A stretch of 64,000 nucleotides of DNA from Candidatus Poribacteria bacterium (GCA_964291315.2 OZ219753.1:1824001-1888000); one strand, 5' to 3'. Counted from the stretch's first letter, positions 10,582 to 20,991 are shown. The notes: generated from the letters alone by a model not told the origin. Numbers and translations: made by a program.

Positions 10582-11246
10582 ACACTAAAATTATCGCCGC
10601 CACCACCGCACTCCTTATCTTCATCTCGATCTACCTTATCTTCGGATACGCACGGATCGAAAGCACAATGCTTGAAGTCCAGAAAATCTTCTACTACCAC
10701 GTCTCCGCCGCTCTAACCGTTTTCGTGGCATTCGGCGTTAACTGCATCTTTAGCATCAAATACATCATCCAACGCAAACCCAACGACGACCTCATCGCCG
10801 TCGCAGCCGCTGAACTCGGCATCGTCTTTTGCACAATCGCCCTTCTCTCCGGACCTATCTGGGCAAAATACGCCTGGAATACATGGTGGAATTGGGAAGC
10901 ACGCCTTACAAGCACACTCGTGCTCTGGCTCATGTACATCGCCTATTTCATCCTGCGATCCGCACTAGAAGTAGATAAACGCAGACTCTATTCCGCTGTA
11001 CTCGGAATTATCGCCTATCTTGACGTGCCCATTGTCTACTACGCAGTAGATATTTGGCAAGGCGGACTACATCCCGACCGCGGAACAAAGTGGAACCTCG
11101 AAGCAACAATGCAGCATACCTGGCTAGTAGCCCTGATCGCCTTTACCCTACTCTTTACCCTTCTACTCATCGTGAGGTATCACATGAAAAAAGCACAAGC
11201 ACGCTATCAAGCCATACAACTAAAACATCTCGAGGAGACAGCCTGA
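10569..11246 (+). CDS. ccmC: Cytochrome c biogenesis heme-handling protein CcmC
   Basis: IFYYHV, Trp-rich WAKYAWNTWWNWEARLT motif, about 6 TM segments, LHP. Confidence 0.85.
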   Translation: MGKLNTKIIAATTALLIFISIYLIFGYARIESTMLEVQKIFYYHVSAALTVFVAFGVNCIFSIKYIIQRKPNDDLIAVAAAELGIVFCTIALLSGPIWAKYAWNTWWNWEARLTSTLVLWLMYIAYFILRSALEVDKRRLYSAVLGIIAYLDVPIVYYAVDIWQGGLHPDRGTKWNLEATMQHTWLVALIAFTLLFTLLLIVRYHMKKAQARYQAIQLKHLEETA

Positions 11247-11584
11247 TGAAAATAGCGATTTTAGTCAGCTTCTTAGCCGTCTTCATACTGTTCTTTTTTG
11301 TCGCACAAACACCCGTCACCTTAACACCCGATGAAATCGCAAAAGCAGCCTCGGAAGCCCTCTCTGAGTCCCAAATACCTATGGATGAAGAAGTTCTAAC
11401 ACAGGCAGTGCAACTATCGATCGCCAAACTCGAAAAAGCGCAAAGCACGCGCTTAAAATATCTCGCCTCAGCGTATCTCGTTATCTGGTTGGTATTCGTC
11501 TTATACGTCCTGCGATTGGACACGCAACAGCAAGAACTAGACAAACGTCTCGACCAACTCGAACAAGCGTCTGACGAGGCATAA
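11246..11584 (+). CDS. CcmD-like membrane protein with N-terminal extension
   Basis: TGATG coupling to ccmC; C-terminal YLASAYLVIWLVFVLYVLRL followed by a coiled coil, as in CcmD. Confidence 0.6.
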   Translation: MKIAILVSFLAVFILFFFVAQTPVTLTPDEIAKAASEALSESQIPMDEEVLTQAVQLSIAKLEKAQSTRLKYLASAYLVIWLVFVLYVLRLDTQQQELDKRLDQLEQASDEA

Positions 11585-11630
11585 ACTGCCAGTAGCAACA
11601 ACCGAAACCGATAAATGGAGACGAAAAAAA

Positions 11631-12080
11631 ATGAAAACGTTCCTTTTCAAAACACAGCAGACGCTTGAATGTCCGCTCACGGAAGTTTTCGCATTCTTTT
11701 CTGATGCACATAACCTGGCTGTCATTACACCACCGTGGCTCCGATTTGAGGTACTAACACCCGCACCGATTGAGATGCGCCCCGGAACACTTATCGATTA
11801 TCGTTTGAAACTGCGCGGTATCCCCCTCCGGTGGCAGAGCGAGATTACAACATGGAACCCGCCGCACAGTTTTGTTGACGAACAACGCCGCGGACCCTAT
11901 CGCCTCTGGCGACACACACATACTTTTAAAAACACAAACGAGGGCGTTGTAGTCGGAGATTCAATAGAGTACGCTGTCTGGGGCAATCAGCTCATTAACC
12001 AATTTTTTGTGCGGCCCGATATAGCGAAAATCTTCGCCTATCGCTCAGAACAACTCAAGGAAATTTTCCAACGAGGTTAA
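11631..12080 (+). CDS. SRPBCC family protein
   Basis: VFAFFSDAHNL..ITPPWL, FVDEQRRGPY..WRH.H.F. Confidence 0.85.
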   Translation: MKTFLFKTQQTLECPLTEVFAFFSDAHNLAVITPPWLRFEVLTPAPIEMRPGTLIDYRLKLRGIPLRWQSEITTWNPPHSFVDEQRRGPYRLWRHTHTFKNTNEGVVVGDSIEYAVWGNQLINQFFVRPDIAKIFAYRSEQLKEIFQRG

Positions 12081-12084
12081 CACC

Positions 12085-12756
12085 TCAGAAAAAAAATAAG
12101 AAGCCACCATATCGGTGGATCCTATCGTAATAGTGCATGACCCGCTCCACGAAATCCAGTGTCTCATTAGATCCCTCAAAGTAACCGTGAGTAGGCACCC
12201 CCGTTTTCCACACCCCCTTATGCATATCTACATGCTGCTTTGTCAATTGGCTGAGGGCAACGCTCACCGGACTCCACAAACGTGGATCTGCACCATTCCG
12301 ATGACGGACAAGCGCCTGCGCATCCCGAACACGACCGATACCACCATTGTAACTCGCTAACACCAAGCGGTGCCGATCCTCCTCCGGACTTTCAGGAAAA
12401 GCGCGATACAACGTGTGTAGATAGCGGGCAGCACCCGCAATGCTCTGCTCCGCATCAAGCGGGTCTTCCACACCGAGCTCCTTTGCTGTCGCCGGCATCA
12501 GCTGCGTTAACCCCTGCGCCCCTACTGAACTCTCTGCTTTTTCATCAAACCCTGATTCTTGCACAATCAGAGCACACACCAAGCGCGCATCCAACGACTC
12601 TTTGTCGGCATACTTCTGAATCAGTTTTCTGTACTTGAAGATCCTCGGCGTAAGCGCGAGCAGACGCACATCCGGATGGAAACCGTTGATAACGCCACCG
12701 ATTAAAAAAATCAGAACAAGCGCTGTGATAATGAGAAAAAATGTCCGTTTACGCAT
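12085..12756 (-). CDS. Lytic transglycosylase (SLT domain, MltF-like C-terminus)
   Basis: QESGF, GAQGLTQLMP, ASYNGG; N-terminal TM anchor. Confidence 0.9.
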   Translation of the reverse strand: MRKRTFFLIITALVLIFLIGGVINGFHPDVRLLALTPRIFKYRKLIQKYADKESLDARLVCALIVQESGFDEKAESSVGAQGLTQLMPATAKELGVEDPLDAEQSIAGAARYLHTLYRAFPESPEEDRHRLVLASYNGGIGRVRDAQALVRHRNGADPRLWSPVSVALSQLTKQHVDMHKGVWKTGVPTHGYFEGSNETLDFVERVMHYYDRIHRYGGFLFFF

Positions 12757-12777
12757 CTTTTTATAAACTACAAACCT

Positions 12778-14376
12778 TCAAAAAGCATATCCGGCATCAA
12801 ACATAAATCTATGTCCTTGATCTCTCTTTCCCAAACGATGTTCACTATTTTGCGTCTGTTGCCAGGCATAAGAGAGTGAGACACGCCACCCATTTAAAGG
12901 ACGATAAGCAAGCACACCGCCAATTTCTGTGGTACGTGCCACGATCCCCGTAGGAAACGGAAGCGAGCTGAAATCCTCACCGGAAAACCGATCCGCAATC
13001 CGCCCCTCTCCCTGACGCATCAAGACCCCTCGAACCGCTGCCTGTGTGGAGACACTCAACTGGTAGGAGACCGAAAATCGCAGTATATCCGAATCCGTCG
13101 CGATCGGATGCCCAATCGCATAACCAAAGTGCGTGAACTGATTCTCAGGCACAAGATGCGTATAGGCCCAACGATTGACCCTGGCATATTCACTATAAAC
13201 GCCAAGCCGACGCTCAAGTTGACTCGGATACCAAGTTACGCCCAAGAGCCACGCCACTGCATGTGGATCGTTTGAAGTAGGCACATATTGGATGTCGTCA
13301 ATGACCCACTCCGCGTAAAGCCGCACCCCGTCGATCGGACGGACCGCGGCATCAAACGCAAACATCATATTATCATCCGCCTTGGCGTTGTATTGTAGGA
13401 CGTAATAAAAGGCGACCGGATTCGCGTATTTCCACTCCACTGTCTGTGCATCGCCACCATAAAGCACCCACTCAGCCACTCCAATTTCAACCCGGTCGGT
13501 GAATTGGTAGTCCAAGCGGTGACCGCTCATATAACGTTTTGCTAAATAACGTCTCTTACCGTCATCATACCACGTTGAATCCAGTTGTGTCGTGAAGGCG
13601 GTCGCTTTAAGACGGCTACCCAACCGACCCGTCAGCCGGATTTGATCAAACGCCGGCGAGTTATCCGAGATACCAACGCTCTTATATGGACTCGACCCCC
13701 AGAAAAGCCAGTCTCTGCCGACAAGCAGATCAAGGTGCCTACTGTTTACCTGTAGATAACTTCTTCTGAAATCTATGATATACCCGCCACCGCGATGCCA
13801 CGGCTCAAAACGTTGATCCGCAGTTTTACCATCAAGCGGGCGCTTCTCAAAATTCTGACCCTCAAATTCGGAATAGAACGCGAACCGCGGCGCAGCCCGA
13901 TCGTCAACGCTACCGATTGTATAGTGGAAGGCACCTTCAAGGGCGGGCGCCATTTGCCCCTGTCTTAATCGCAACTGTGGAAATATGTTCACCCTCAACT
14001 CTTGTAAGCCCGCAATTTCGGGTCCAAATTCCCGCTTCAGCTTTTCAAGCAGGCGACTATCTATTGCCCACACAACAACCTCACCCGCCCGAATCCGTGA
14101 CTCCGCTTCTACTATGAGCTCTGCTATTTCTGACCGTGAGAGCGGGGCCGTCTGCCGATGGAAGCCACCCGTGATGCCATCCGTCTCTAATTTCATAAGA
14201 GCTTCCGTAACCCACCCATCGAAATTCAGCGGGACATCCGGAATACCATAAGAGACATTCACAATGAGCAAAACCGCGAGGCAGACATAGACCCATCGCT
14301 GCCAATCTTTAGCTTTCTGTTGTCGGGCACTCGCCCCTGATTGGAGAAACTTTTTCACCCGCCATAAACACTTCAT
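12778..14376 (-). CDS. Capsule assembly Wzi-family outer-membrane protein
   Basis: GRDWLFWG...SDNSPAFDQ, GHRLD...EIGVAE..LYGG, terminal aromatic residue; true start may be downstream. Confidence 0.65.
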   Translation of the reverse strand: MKCLWRVKKFLQSGASARQQKAKDWQRWVYVCLAVLLIVNVSYGIPDVPLNFDGWVTEALMKLETDGITGGFHRQTAPLSRSEIAELIVEAESRIRAGEVVVWAIDSRLLEKLKREFGPEIAGLQELRVNIFPQLRLRQGQMAPALEGAFHYTIGSVDDRAAPRFAFYSEFEGQNFEKRPLDGKTADQRFEPWHRGGGYIIDFRRSYLQVNSRHLDLLVGRDWLFWGSSPYKSVGISDNSPAFDQIRLTGRLGSRLKATAFTTQLDSTWYDDGKRRYLAKRYMSGHRLDYQFTDRVEIGVAEWVLYGGDAQTVEWKYANPVAFYYVLQYNAKADDNMMFAFDAAVRPIDGVRLYAEWVIDDIQYVPTSNDPHAVAWLLGVTWYPSQLERRLGVYSEYARVNRWAYTHLVPENQFTHFGYAIGHPIATDSDILRFSVSYQLSVSTQAAVRGVLMRQGEGRIADRFSGEDFSSLPFPTGIVARTTEIGGVLAYRPLNGWRVSLSYAWQQTQNSEHRLGKRDQGHRFMFDAGYAF

Positions 14377-14427
14377 ATATTAACTGCCAGCTACCCGTTT
14401 TCAGTTGCAGTGGATCACAATCGCTAA

Positions 14428-16530
14428 CTACTGACGGCCATCGCATGCCTCCAGCTTTTTAACCTGGGCATCGATGTGCCGAAACTGCCAAATCCAGCGT
14501 GTGTTATAAAGGAACTGCCGGAGATCGAAGCGGTTGTCGTCCGGCGAATACGACTCTGCATGGTAAGACGGCGTCAACGTCGTCATCTTGTGTCGGTTGA
14601 TCGAATAGTACCTGAAAAACCGTTTCACCTTTTCGGCGACCTGACGAGGCGGCAAGTGCTCCCACTCCCCTACTAACTTTTCGAACATGCTCACAGGACC
14701 ACACTGCTCCATTTTTCGGAGCTGCCCAAAACGACTCAACTCCGCATAAGTCATCCCCATGTCCACTTCGTCCGTTTGCGTATAGGTCTCAGTTACCGGT
14801 TCGAGCTCCGCTGTCGGCGGGGCATCAATAATTTCAGCCAGCGCCGGATAACCAAGCTCGCTTTTCGCCCAATTCAGAAAACACCGCAGATCGTGTTTAC
14901 TAATCCCACCAATCGGGTTAATGTCACCGCTACTGCAGTCATACTTTGTTAGATACCCACGCAACGCCTCATCAACGTTACCCGTGCCCAAAACGAGAAG
15001 CGCGCCTTGACGACTTCGCGTCCACGGCATCAGCTGAGCAAACAGATAACTAATCACCATCCGCAAACGCGCCTGTATATTCTGGAGTGCTTGGTTTTCC
15101 GTATACGTCCCCCCATCCACCTTGAAACGCGGACTCTTCCCAGTGAAACGTGTAAAGAGCGATTGCAAGGCCCGAACAAGCCCATCCATGTTAATATTGA
15201 GATGATACGCACCTATCTGATCAGCCAGCAATTTCGCCCGTTTCTGCGTTTCACGGGAACTATTCTCTGTACCAATATAACACGTATACAACAGACGATT
15301 GGCAAGCACAGACGGATCCGTGAAAATATCTGACGTTTCACCCTTTTCCAGCCAACGTTCAACATCCCGGAGAACCAGTGCCTCCTTCTCGCCAATCGCT
15401 TTAGCAACCAGTTGACACATAGAACCCACAAGCGTCGCAACCGCACCGCTGTCCGCCCCACCGGAGAGCGGTATGAAATACCCCGCTGCACCCGATCTAC
15501 GCAGATAGTCCCAAAGCCAACACGCCGGACCCAGGGCTATTTCCTCTTCCGGTTTGTGATAACGTGGAACAATAGCAGCACTCATCCTCCGTCTATCTTC
15601 CGAAACCGCAGCATCCAATTCAAAATCAACGTCAATCTGTGGAGGGGACACCGTTTTGCTCGCTTGCACAGCTCGACTCGCTTTCACACCGCGATAAGAG
15701 CGAACATCGTCAAGATTCACTGTCGCCGTGATGACCTCTACATCTTTGAGTGAAAACTGAGAACCCTGCGCCAAAATTTTGCCGTTTTGAGCGATCAACG
15801 CACACCCGTCAAAGTAGAGCCTACCTCCATCACACCCTTGTTGGTTGGCGTAGACGTAGACACCACCATTTTTCTCACTAGCATTCTGGATAAGCGCGAT
15901 ACGTGTATCCAACTTCCGCAATTCATGGTGAGACCCCGACCCGTTCGTGATAATCTCTACCCCAGCATTCCCAAACTGAATGTGCAGACTCATCGGCACA
16001 AAGAGCTCCTCACACGTCTCAGAGGCCAACACGGTATCGCCCACCGCAATCGACGCAATACCGATAGGCACATTCTGTTGTCCCGTCAACTCACGAATCT
16101 CACGCGGAAGTGTGTGCGATTCAAGCGTCCAACCGTGTTCCCATGCCGCAAACCAGCGAGGCTCCCGGTAGTTACCATCGCTCGCCAGCACCGTCTTCGG
16201 ACGAATTAACAACAACTTACCATCTAATACAAAAACTCGGCAATTATACCTGACATTTTTATGCATGACCGGCATGCCGATGTCACACAAGATGCCATCC
16301 GTATGATGACCTTTAAGGATATGTGCCAGTGCTTCCCAGCTGTGTCGCAGTGTGTCCAACTCCAAAAAATGGTCTTCACAAGAATAGCCGGTAATTTCCA
16401 GCTCCGGCCCCAACCGATACCGCGCACCGCGCGCTTTTGCAGTCTCAATCGATTCAACGATGCGCGCAGTGTTCCCTTCAAAATCGAGACTCCACTGATT
16501 CAGATTGCACGTTGCAAGAACCGCTTTCAT
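14428..16530 (-). CDS. nadE: Glutamine-dependent NAD+ synthetase, eukaryote (NADSYN1/Qns1)-type
   Basis: Nitrilase domain (NQWSLDFEGN, GPELEITGY, RPK, CEE) plus synthetase domain (PLSGGADS, QNIQARLRM, YLTKYDCSS, NRHKMTTLTPSYHAE); ATG 16530 preferred. Confidence 0.92.
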   Translation of the reverse strand: MKAVLATCNLNQWSLDFEGNTARIVESIETAKARGARYRLGPELEITGYSCEDHFLELDTLRHSWEALAHILKGHHTDGILCDIGMPVMHKNVRYNCRVFVLDGKLLLIRPKTVLASDGNYREPRWFAAWEHGWTLESHTLPREIRELTGQQNVPIGIASIAVGDTVLASETCEELFVPMSLHIQFGNAGVEIITNGSGSHHELRKLDTRIALIQNASEKNGGVYVYANQQGCDGGRLYFDGCALIAQNGKILAQGSQFSLKDVEVITATVNLDDVRSYRGVKASRAVQASKTVSPPQIDVDFELDAAVSEDRRRMSAAIVPRYHKPEEEIALGPACWLWDYLRRSGAAGYFIPLSGGADSGAVATLVGSMCQLVAKAIGEKEALVLRDVERWLEKGETSDIFTDPSVLANRLLYTCYIGTENSSRETQKRAKLLADQIGAYHLNINMDGLVRALQSLFTRFTGKSPRFKVDGGTYTENQALQNIQARLRMVISYLFAQLMPWTRSRQGALLVLGTGNVDEALRGYLTKYDCSSGDINPIGGISKHDLRCFLNWAKSELGYPALAEIIDAPPTAELEPVTETYTQTDEVDMGMTYAELSRFGQLRKMEQCGPVSMFEKLVGEWEHLPPRQVAEKVKRFFRYYSINRHKMTTLTPSYHAESYSPDDNRFDLRQFLYNTRWIWQFRHIDAQVKKLEACDGRQ

Positions 16531-16652
16531 ATTTTCTGTCCCTAAACCACTGCCGGCTATCGATTGTCGGAAACTATCAGCCGGTGACAGCTGCATACCA
16601 CGCCCTGCCACAAACCAATCTGGAACCCGATCCCTGACTGCTAACAGCCGCC

Positions 16653-17996
16653 TTACGTTTTCTGTGGTTTTTTACGAGCCGCTGGGAATAGAATGTTATT
16701 CAGAATGAGCCGGTAGCCGGGCGAATGTTTGTGCAAATCGAGGTTCGTCGGGATTTTACCCTCACCCACGAAGTGACGATAGTCCTCTGGATCATGACCA
16801 CCGAGAAACGTAAAAGTCCCTTTGCCTAATTTACCGTGGATGTATTTCGCGTAGTTCATGCCCTCTACCTCTCCCAAAATCGTGACTGAACCACGAATCT
16901 TGTCCATATTGAACGATGTCGTCTGCCCGAGGTACCCCGGCACAATACTGACATGGTTTTGCGTCAGCATCGTCGGGATGGGATCATGTTTTGCGGAGAA
17001 CTCGAAAAGCTTGAAATCCTCAACACCGCTCTGCGCATCTCTATCAGGCTCCGGGTTGTCTATGTCCGAGAATTCATAGCGGTACGGATTCGTATAAAGC
17101 TTGAAATTCTCGAACGCCAAGGTGCGCTGAAAATCGAGGCGCGCCCCCGCATCAGCCTCGACCGGGGTCCCATCCAACGCAGGGGCGATAATGTCAATAA
17201 CGCCGCCGTGTGTCGCCAAGGCAATGTCCAACGTCTCCGGCGCTGAACACATTGCAAAAATGAACCCGCCGTTGGCGATATAATCCGAAATCATCTGCGC
17301 AGTCTGACCTTTATGCCGCGCAACACGTCGAAAACCCGCCTCAGCGGCAGCTTGTTCAAACATCAGCATCCGTTGCTGATACCAAACCTGCTTTGAAAAT
17401 GAAGCATGGAATTTACCGTGCTGCCCCGTGAAGTCCTCGTGGTGCAGATGGAGCCAGTCGTAATCGTCTATTTCTAAGATGCCGCTTTGCACCTCTTTAT
17501 CCCAAATTTCGTCGTACGGAATCTCCGCGTAATCCAACGCAATCTTGACCGCATCATCCCAAGGATCTCGATAAGGCGACGCCTCTGAAGGGGCATACAC
17601 CGCAATCTTCGGCGCCTTTTCCAATAGAATCTCGTCCATATTGCTGCCTTGAATAACAGATTCTTTGATAGCACCATAGGCAGCAGCATCCATCGCCTCA
17701 AAACTGACACCCATGAGCACTGCACGCCTTCGGACATCCGGCGAATCGGGGACCACGAACGCACCGCCACGGTAGTTTAGCCACCAATAACACCGGTACT
17801 CGCGCGGAACTTCTAATGCCCAATAGGTCAATCCGTAAGCCTTCAGGTGATTAGTCTGCCCGCCCGTATCCATAGGTATCAAGAGCCACTGGGCAGCAGC
17901 CGCATTTACGCCTATAAGGAACAGCATGAGCAGACACAACAGAGTGCTAAACCCCCTGCCTACAATTTGAATCAGCGAAGTGTGAAATAAATTCAT
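16653..17996 (-). CDS. Conserved secreted protein with glutamine-amidotransferase-like fold (family often labelled asparagine synthetase B in FCB-group genomes)
   Basis: Signal peptide; QTNHLKAYG, WLNYRGG, DWLHLHHEDFTGQ.GKF, GGHDPED, SPGYRLILNNILFPAA; lacks true AsnB motifs. Confidence 0.65.
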   Translation of the reverse strand: MNLFHTSLIQIVGRGFSTLLCLLMLFLIGVNAAAAQWLLIPMDTGGQTNHLKAYGLTYWALEVPREYRCYWWLNYRGGAFVVPDSPDVRRRAVLMGVSFEAMDAAAYGAIKESVIQGSNMDEILLEKAPKIAVYAPSEASPYRDPWDDAVKIALDYAEIPYDEIWDKEVQSGILEIDDYDWLHLHHEDFTGQHGKFHASFSKQVWYQQRMLMFEQAAAEAGFRRVARHKGQTAQMISDYIANGGFIFAMCSAPETLDIALATHGGVIDIIAPALDGTPVEADAGARLDFQRTLAFENFKLYTNPYRYEFSDIDNPEPDRDAQSGVEDFKLFEFSAKHDPIPTMLTQNHVSIVPGYLGQTTSFNMDKIRGSVTILGEVEGMNYAKYIHGKLGKGTFTFLGGHDPEDYRHFVGEGKIPTNLDLHKHSPGYRLILNNILFPAARKKPQKT

Positions 17997-20791
17997 TAAT
18001 CTTTACCCGAAATATCTGCCTGTGGATACCGCGCTACAGCTGCCGGCTCACGTCCGAATACAACTTGCCCGTTGTGCATCAGCGCTGTTTCTACGGCCTC
18101 CGGATGTGTCGTATCAATCTTCCAGAGCTGCCCATTACTTTCATAGATAACCCACCGACCCTCCGGCGGCACCCAGACCGGGCGCGACCCGCCTTTCCGA
18201 GTGAGCTGCCGCTCCGTCGGGACACCATCCCCAGCATACGTGATGACCCATACCTGTTGGAAATCACCGACCCTTCGTGTGAATGCCAACTGATTCGGAT
18301 GCGCAGGCGACCAAGCCGGTTCCGTATCATCCGTTTCCGAAGATACCACAATCGGTTCCACACGCTGTGCCACTTGGTCAAAAGCATAGATATTGCGTTT
18401 CTGGGCCGTACCCTCCAACATTAACGCATCTACCGAATTTTCGATGCTCCCGGCTGTCACATAAGCGAGCAGGGTGCCGTCGCTATTCCAAGCGGGCGTG
18501 AAACTTTGCATCGCCGTTGACGGCACAACCAACTCAGATCCGCTCGAAACGTGTTGTATAACTACACGCCTTCGGCCTCCGAACTCCGGCCGCGTATAGG
18601 CAACATACTTCGCATCCGGGGAGATTGCAGCATCATCTGTCACCCGCTGCCCCTCAAGAAGCAGGCCACCGTCCGGCATATCACGGTTTCGAACCATAAC
18701 GTTCCCATCCCTATCCTGATAAACAAGCGTCCCATCTTTCGCAACCGAAGGATTGTGGCCAACGCCCAAAGGGATACTACTGCCATCCGGGAAAAGACAC
18801 CAAATTACATCATCGTAAGCAAAATAGATCGCCGCCGATAACGAGTCTGCTGCTTCTGTTACAGAACCCTTAAACTCTTCAGCATTCTCAGCCGCGCTGC
18901 CCGCTGATCCATCTCTGTTTTTCAGATCCACATCAACCCCCTTTTTAGGGGTAAACGGCTCCATTTTCGCTAATTCCCATCCTGACCCTTTAGCTCGCCA
19001 ATGGAAACTGAGGCCTTTTCTCCAATAGTGCCACTCCTCGTTTAAACGCCCACTCCGGGTGACACGGAAAATGTCATCAGGTTTTCCGTGGCGTTTCCTG
19101 ATTTCCCAACGCCCGCCATCCTCAATTTCTGCCATATTCCCGTCTTTATCAATATAGACTGCAAGAATCTCAATGTCTATGTAGCTCGTCGTTTCCCCAG
19201 AAAATACAGTGACTGCAACAGGTTCACCACGGACAGGATACCGCGTACCATATATCCCAACCCCATCAGCGATGCCCGTTTTTTGGTCGTTGTTTGCGTC
19301 CATAATCGCCATGACGTAATAGCTGCCCGGCAGCACGTTGACCTGATAAAACCCCTCTTTTGAAACAGAAATCGGCATCACAATCGGGGAACTGAAATCG
19401 GAGTTATAAGAAAACGTCAAAATCCCCTGCTGAACCTCTCGTCCATCCCATATCACGCGGCCGGAAATACCCCCTTGTTCAATGTGGGTTTCTATAGTCG
19501 GGGGCGTGGCATGAAGAAGGCCGTTGGCATCGTAGCGAGCACTCATCACAAGCTCTATGTCTTCGGTTTTACCCGCTGTCAACGTTAATGCAGCTGGGGG
19601 CTGCGTTGTGATGTCTAGCGTGCCGTAACCACCTAAACTGTCCCCCTCACTGTATCTGTCGTCTTTGTCCGCATCCACATTCGCAATAACATAGTATTCG
19701 TCTGGCGGAAGCAAAAATCGGAACGAGCCGCCCACATCCGTCTCCGCACTCGCAACCGGCATGACTAAAGCAGGATCGGAGTACACTTCAACCCGTGCAC
19801 TTACCTCCTCGGGAACAGGAGATACGGTACCCGTCAGCGTGCTAGTTGCTGCCGTTTGTGTCTTTTTAGATGTCTGATAGGTGGCAGTGATCGCAACCTC
19901 TATATTTTCAGTGAACTGGTTCGGCGGCACCAAAATAGGCTGCGGAAAGTTCCCACGCCTTCGCATATCCGTGACACCGTAGAATCCGAAATCGTCCCCA
20001 ATATCGAGTTTATTCGTCCCATTGTTATCAACAATCGCCATGAGATAGTATTTTCCCGGCGGAAGATTGAGCGTCCACCTTCTATCTTCCGTTACGCTCG
20101 CAATACCCGCCCGATACTTCCAAGAAAGATCTGTATACGCAAGAATTAACGCTCTCGATGCCCCTCGAAGAGGCTTCGGATCCGCGGGACCTTGACGAAG
20201 AAAACTGAGGGTGCCGCTACACCCAGATGTCGCCTTGCGTAATTCTGTCTGGAATTGCTGGAAACGACTCGGCTCGTATTCAGATATTGGAACAACCTCC
20301 GGCCTACCATCCATATGCGTCACTCGCCCTGTTATCAGGATATCTAGACCGCCAACCTTTTCTCCTGCCTCTACGTCAATGAACTGTTTATTTTGTTTCT
20401 CATCAGTCCAGTCGGTAATTCCGAACATACCCAAACCGTCTCCCGTATCAAAACGACCCGACTTGTCAACATCCACATAAGCCACCAAATAGTAGCGGCC
20501 CGGCTCCACGCGGAGCGTAAACCGACCATCACCGAGTTGCGGGATCCCGCTGATGTAGACCTGTTGCAGAGCCTCGTCCCGATAGACAGAAACGCTTGTG
20601 TGTGCAAGGTCTTGTCCCTCCCAGATGATTTTCCCCGCCAAAGTCGCGGTCATCCGTTTCGCAGTCGTATCCTCCTGACAGTAAACCTCACTGACAAACC
20701 CAATACCGACGGTAAGCAGCAAAAGCAGCAACCATTTCATTTTTATTCTTTCGTTGTGTTGTTTCATTCTTCCTTCATCTTGTTCTTTCAT
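17996..20791 (-). CDS. Large secreted protein: four Ig-like repeats with Ca-binding-type DxDxxG loops + TolB/PD40 beta-propeller
   Basis: Signal peptide; four YY(L/V).A..D.(D/N)......(G/A)D..G.(Y/F)G repeats; PAWN.DG, EPAWSP, PVWVP propeller motifs. Confidence 0.65.
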   Translation of the reverse strand: MKEQDEGRMKQHNERIKMKWLLLLLLTVGIGFVSEVYCQEDTTAKRMTATLAGKIIWEGQDLAHTSVSVYRDEALQQVYISGIPQLGDGRFTLRVEPGRYYLVAYVDVDKSGRFDTGDGLGMFGITDWTDEKQNKQFIDVEAGEKVGGLDILITGRVTHMDGRPEVVPISEYEPSRFQQFQTELRKATSGCSGTLSFLRQGPADPKPLRGASRALILAYTDLSWKYRAGIASVTEDRRWTLNLPPGKYYLMAIVDNNGTNKLDIGDDFGFYGVTDMRRRGNFPQPILVPPNQFTENIEVAITATYQTSKKTQTAATSTLTGTVSPVPEEVSARVEVYSDPALVMPVASAETDVGGSFRFLLPPDEYYVIANVDADKDDRYSEGDSLGGYGTLDITTQPPAALTLTAGKTEDIELVMSARYDANGLLHATPPTIETHIEQGGISGRVIWDGREVQQGILTFSYNSDFSSPIVMPISVSKEGFYQVNVLPGSYYVMAIMDANNDQKTGIADGVGIYGTRYPVRGEPVAVTVFSGETTSYIDIEILAVYIDKDGNMAEIEDGGRWEIRKRHGKPDDIFRVTRSGRLNEEWHYWRKGLSFHWRAKGSGWELAKMEPFTPKKGVDVDLKNRDGSAGSAAENAEEFKGSVTEAADSLSAAIYFAYDDVIWCLFPDGSSIPLGVGHNPSVAKDGTLVYQDRDGNVMVRNRDMPDGGLLLEGQRVTDDAAISPDAKYVAYTRPEFGGRRRVVIQHVSSGSELVVPSTAMQSFTPAWNSDGTLLAYVTAGSIENSVDALMLEGTAQKRNIYAFDQVAQRVEPIVVSSETDDTEPAWSPAHPNQLAFTRRVGDFQQVWVITYAGDGVPTERQLTRKGGSRPVWVPPEGRWVIYESNGQLWKIDTTHPEAVETALMHNGQVVFGREPAAVARYPQADISGKD

Positions 20792-20962
20792 AACGTTTGA
20801 TGGTTAAATAATATTAGCATGCACAACGATAATTTGCAAATAGATATTCTTTTCCATCAGGAGGATTCAGGGAGCTCTAAAAATAATGCAACGTTGATAA
20901 ATACTTGAATAATCTTTTCTATCAAGAGAACATTTTTCTGCACACAGATGGGTTTTCTTGTA

Positions 20963-20991
20963 TTGACAATTTATGTCTATTTTGATAAAAT
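20963..20991 (+). promoter_or_regulatory. sigma70-like promoter
   Basis: TTGACA-17 nt-TAAAAT with TG extension. Confidence 0.6.

Noticed and set aside
16653-17996. Asparagine synthetase B
   Set aside because: No N-terminal Ntn Cys or SGGLDS motif; the protein has a signal peptide
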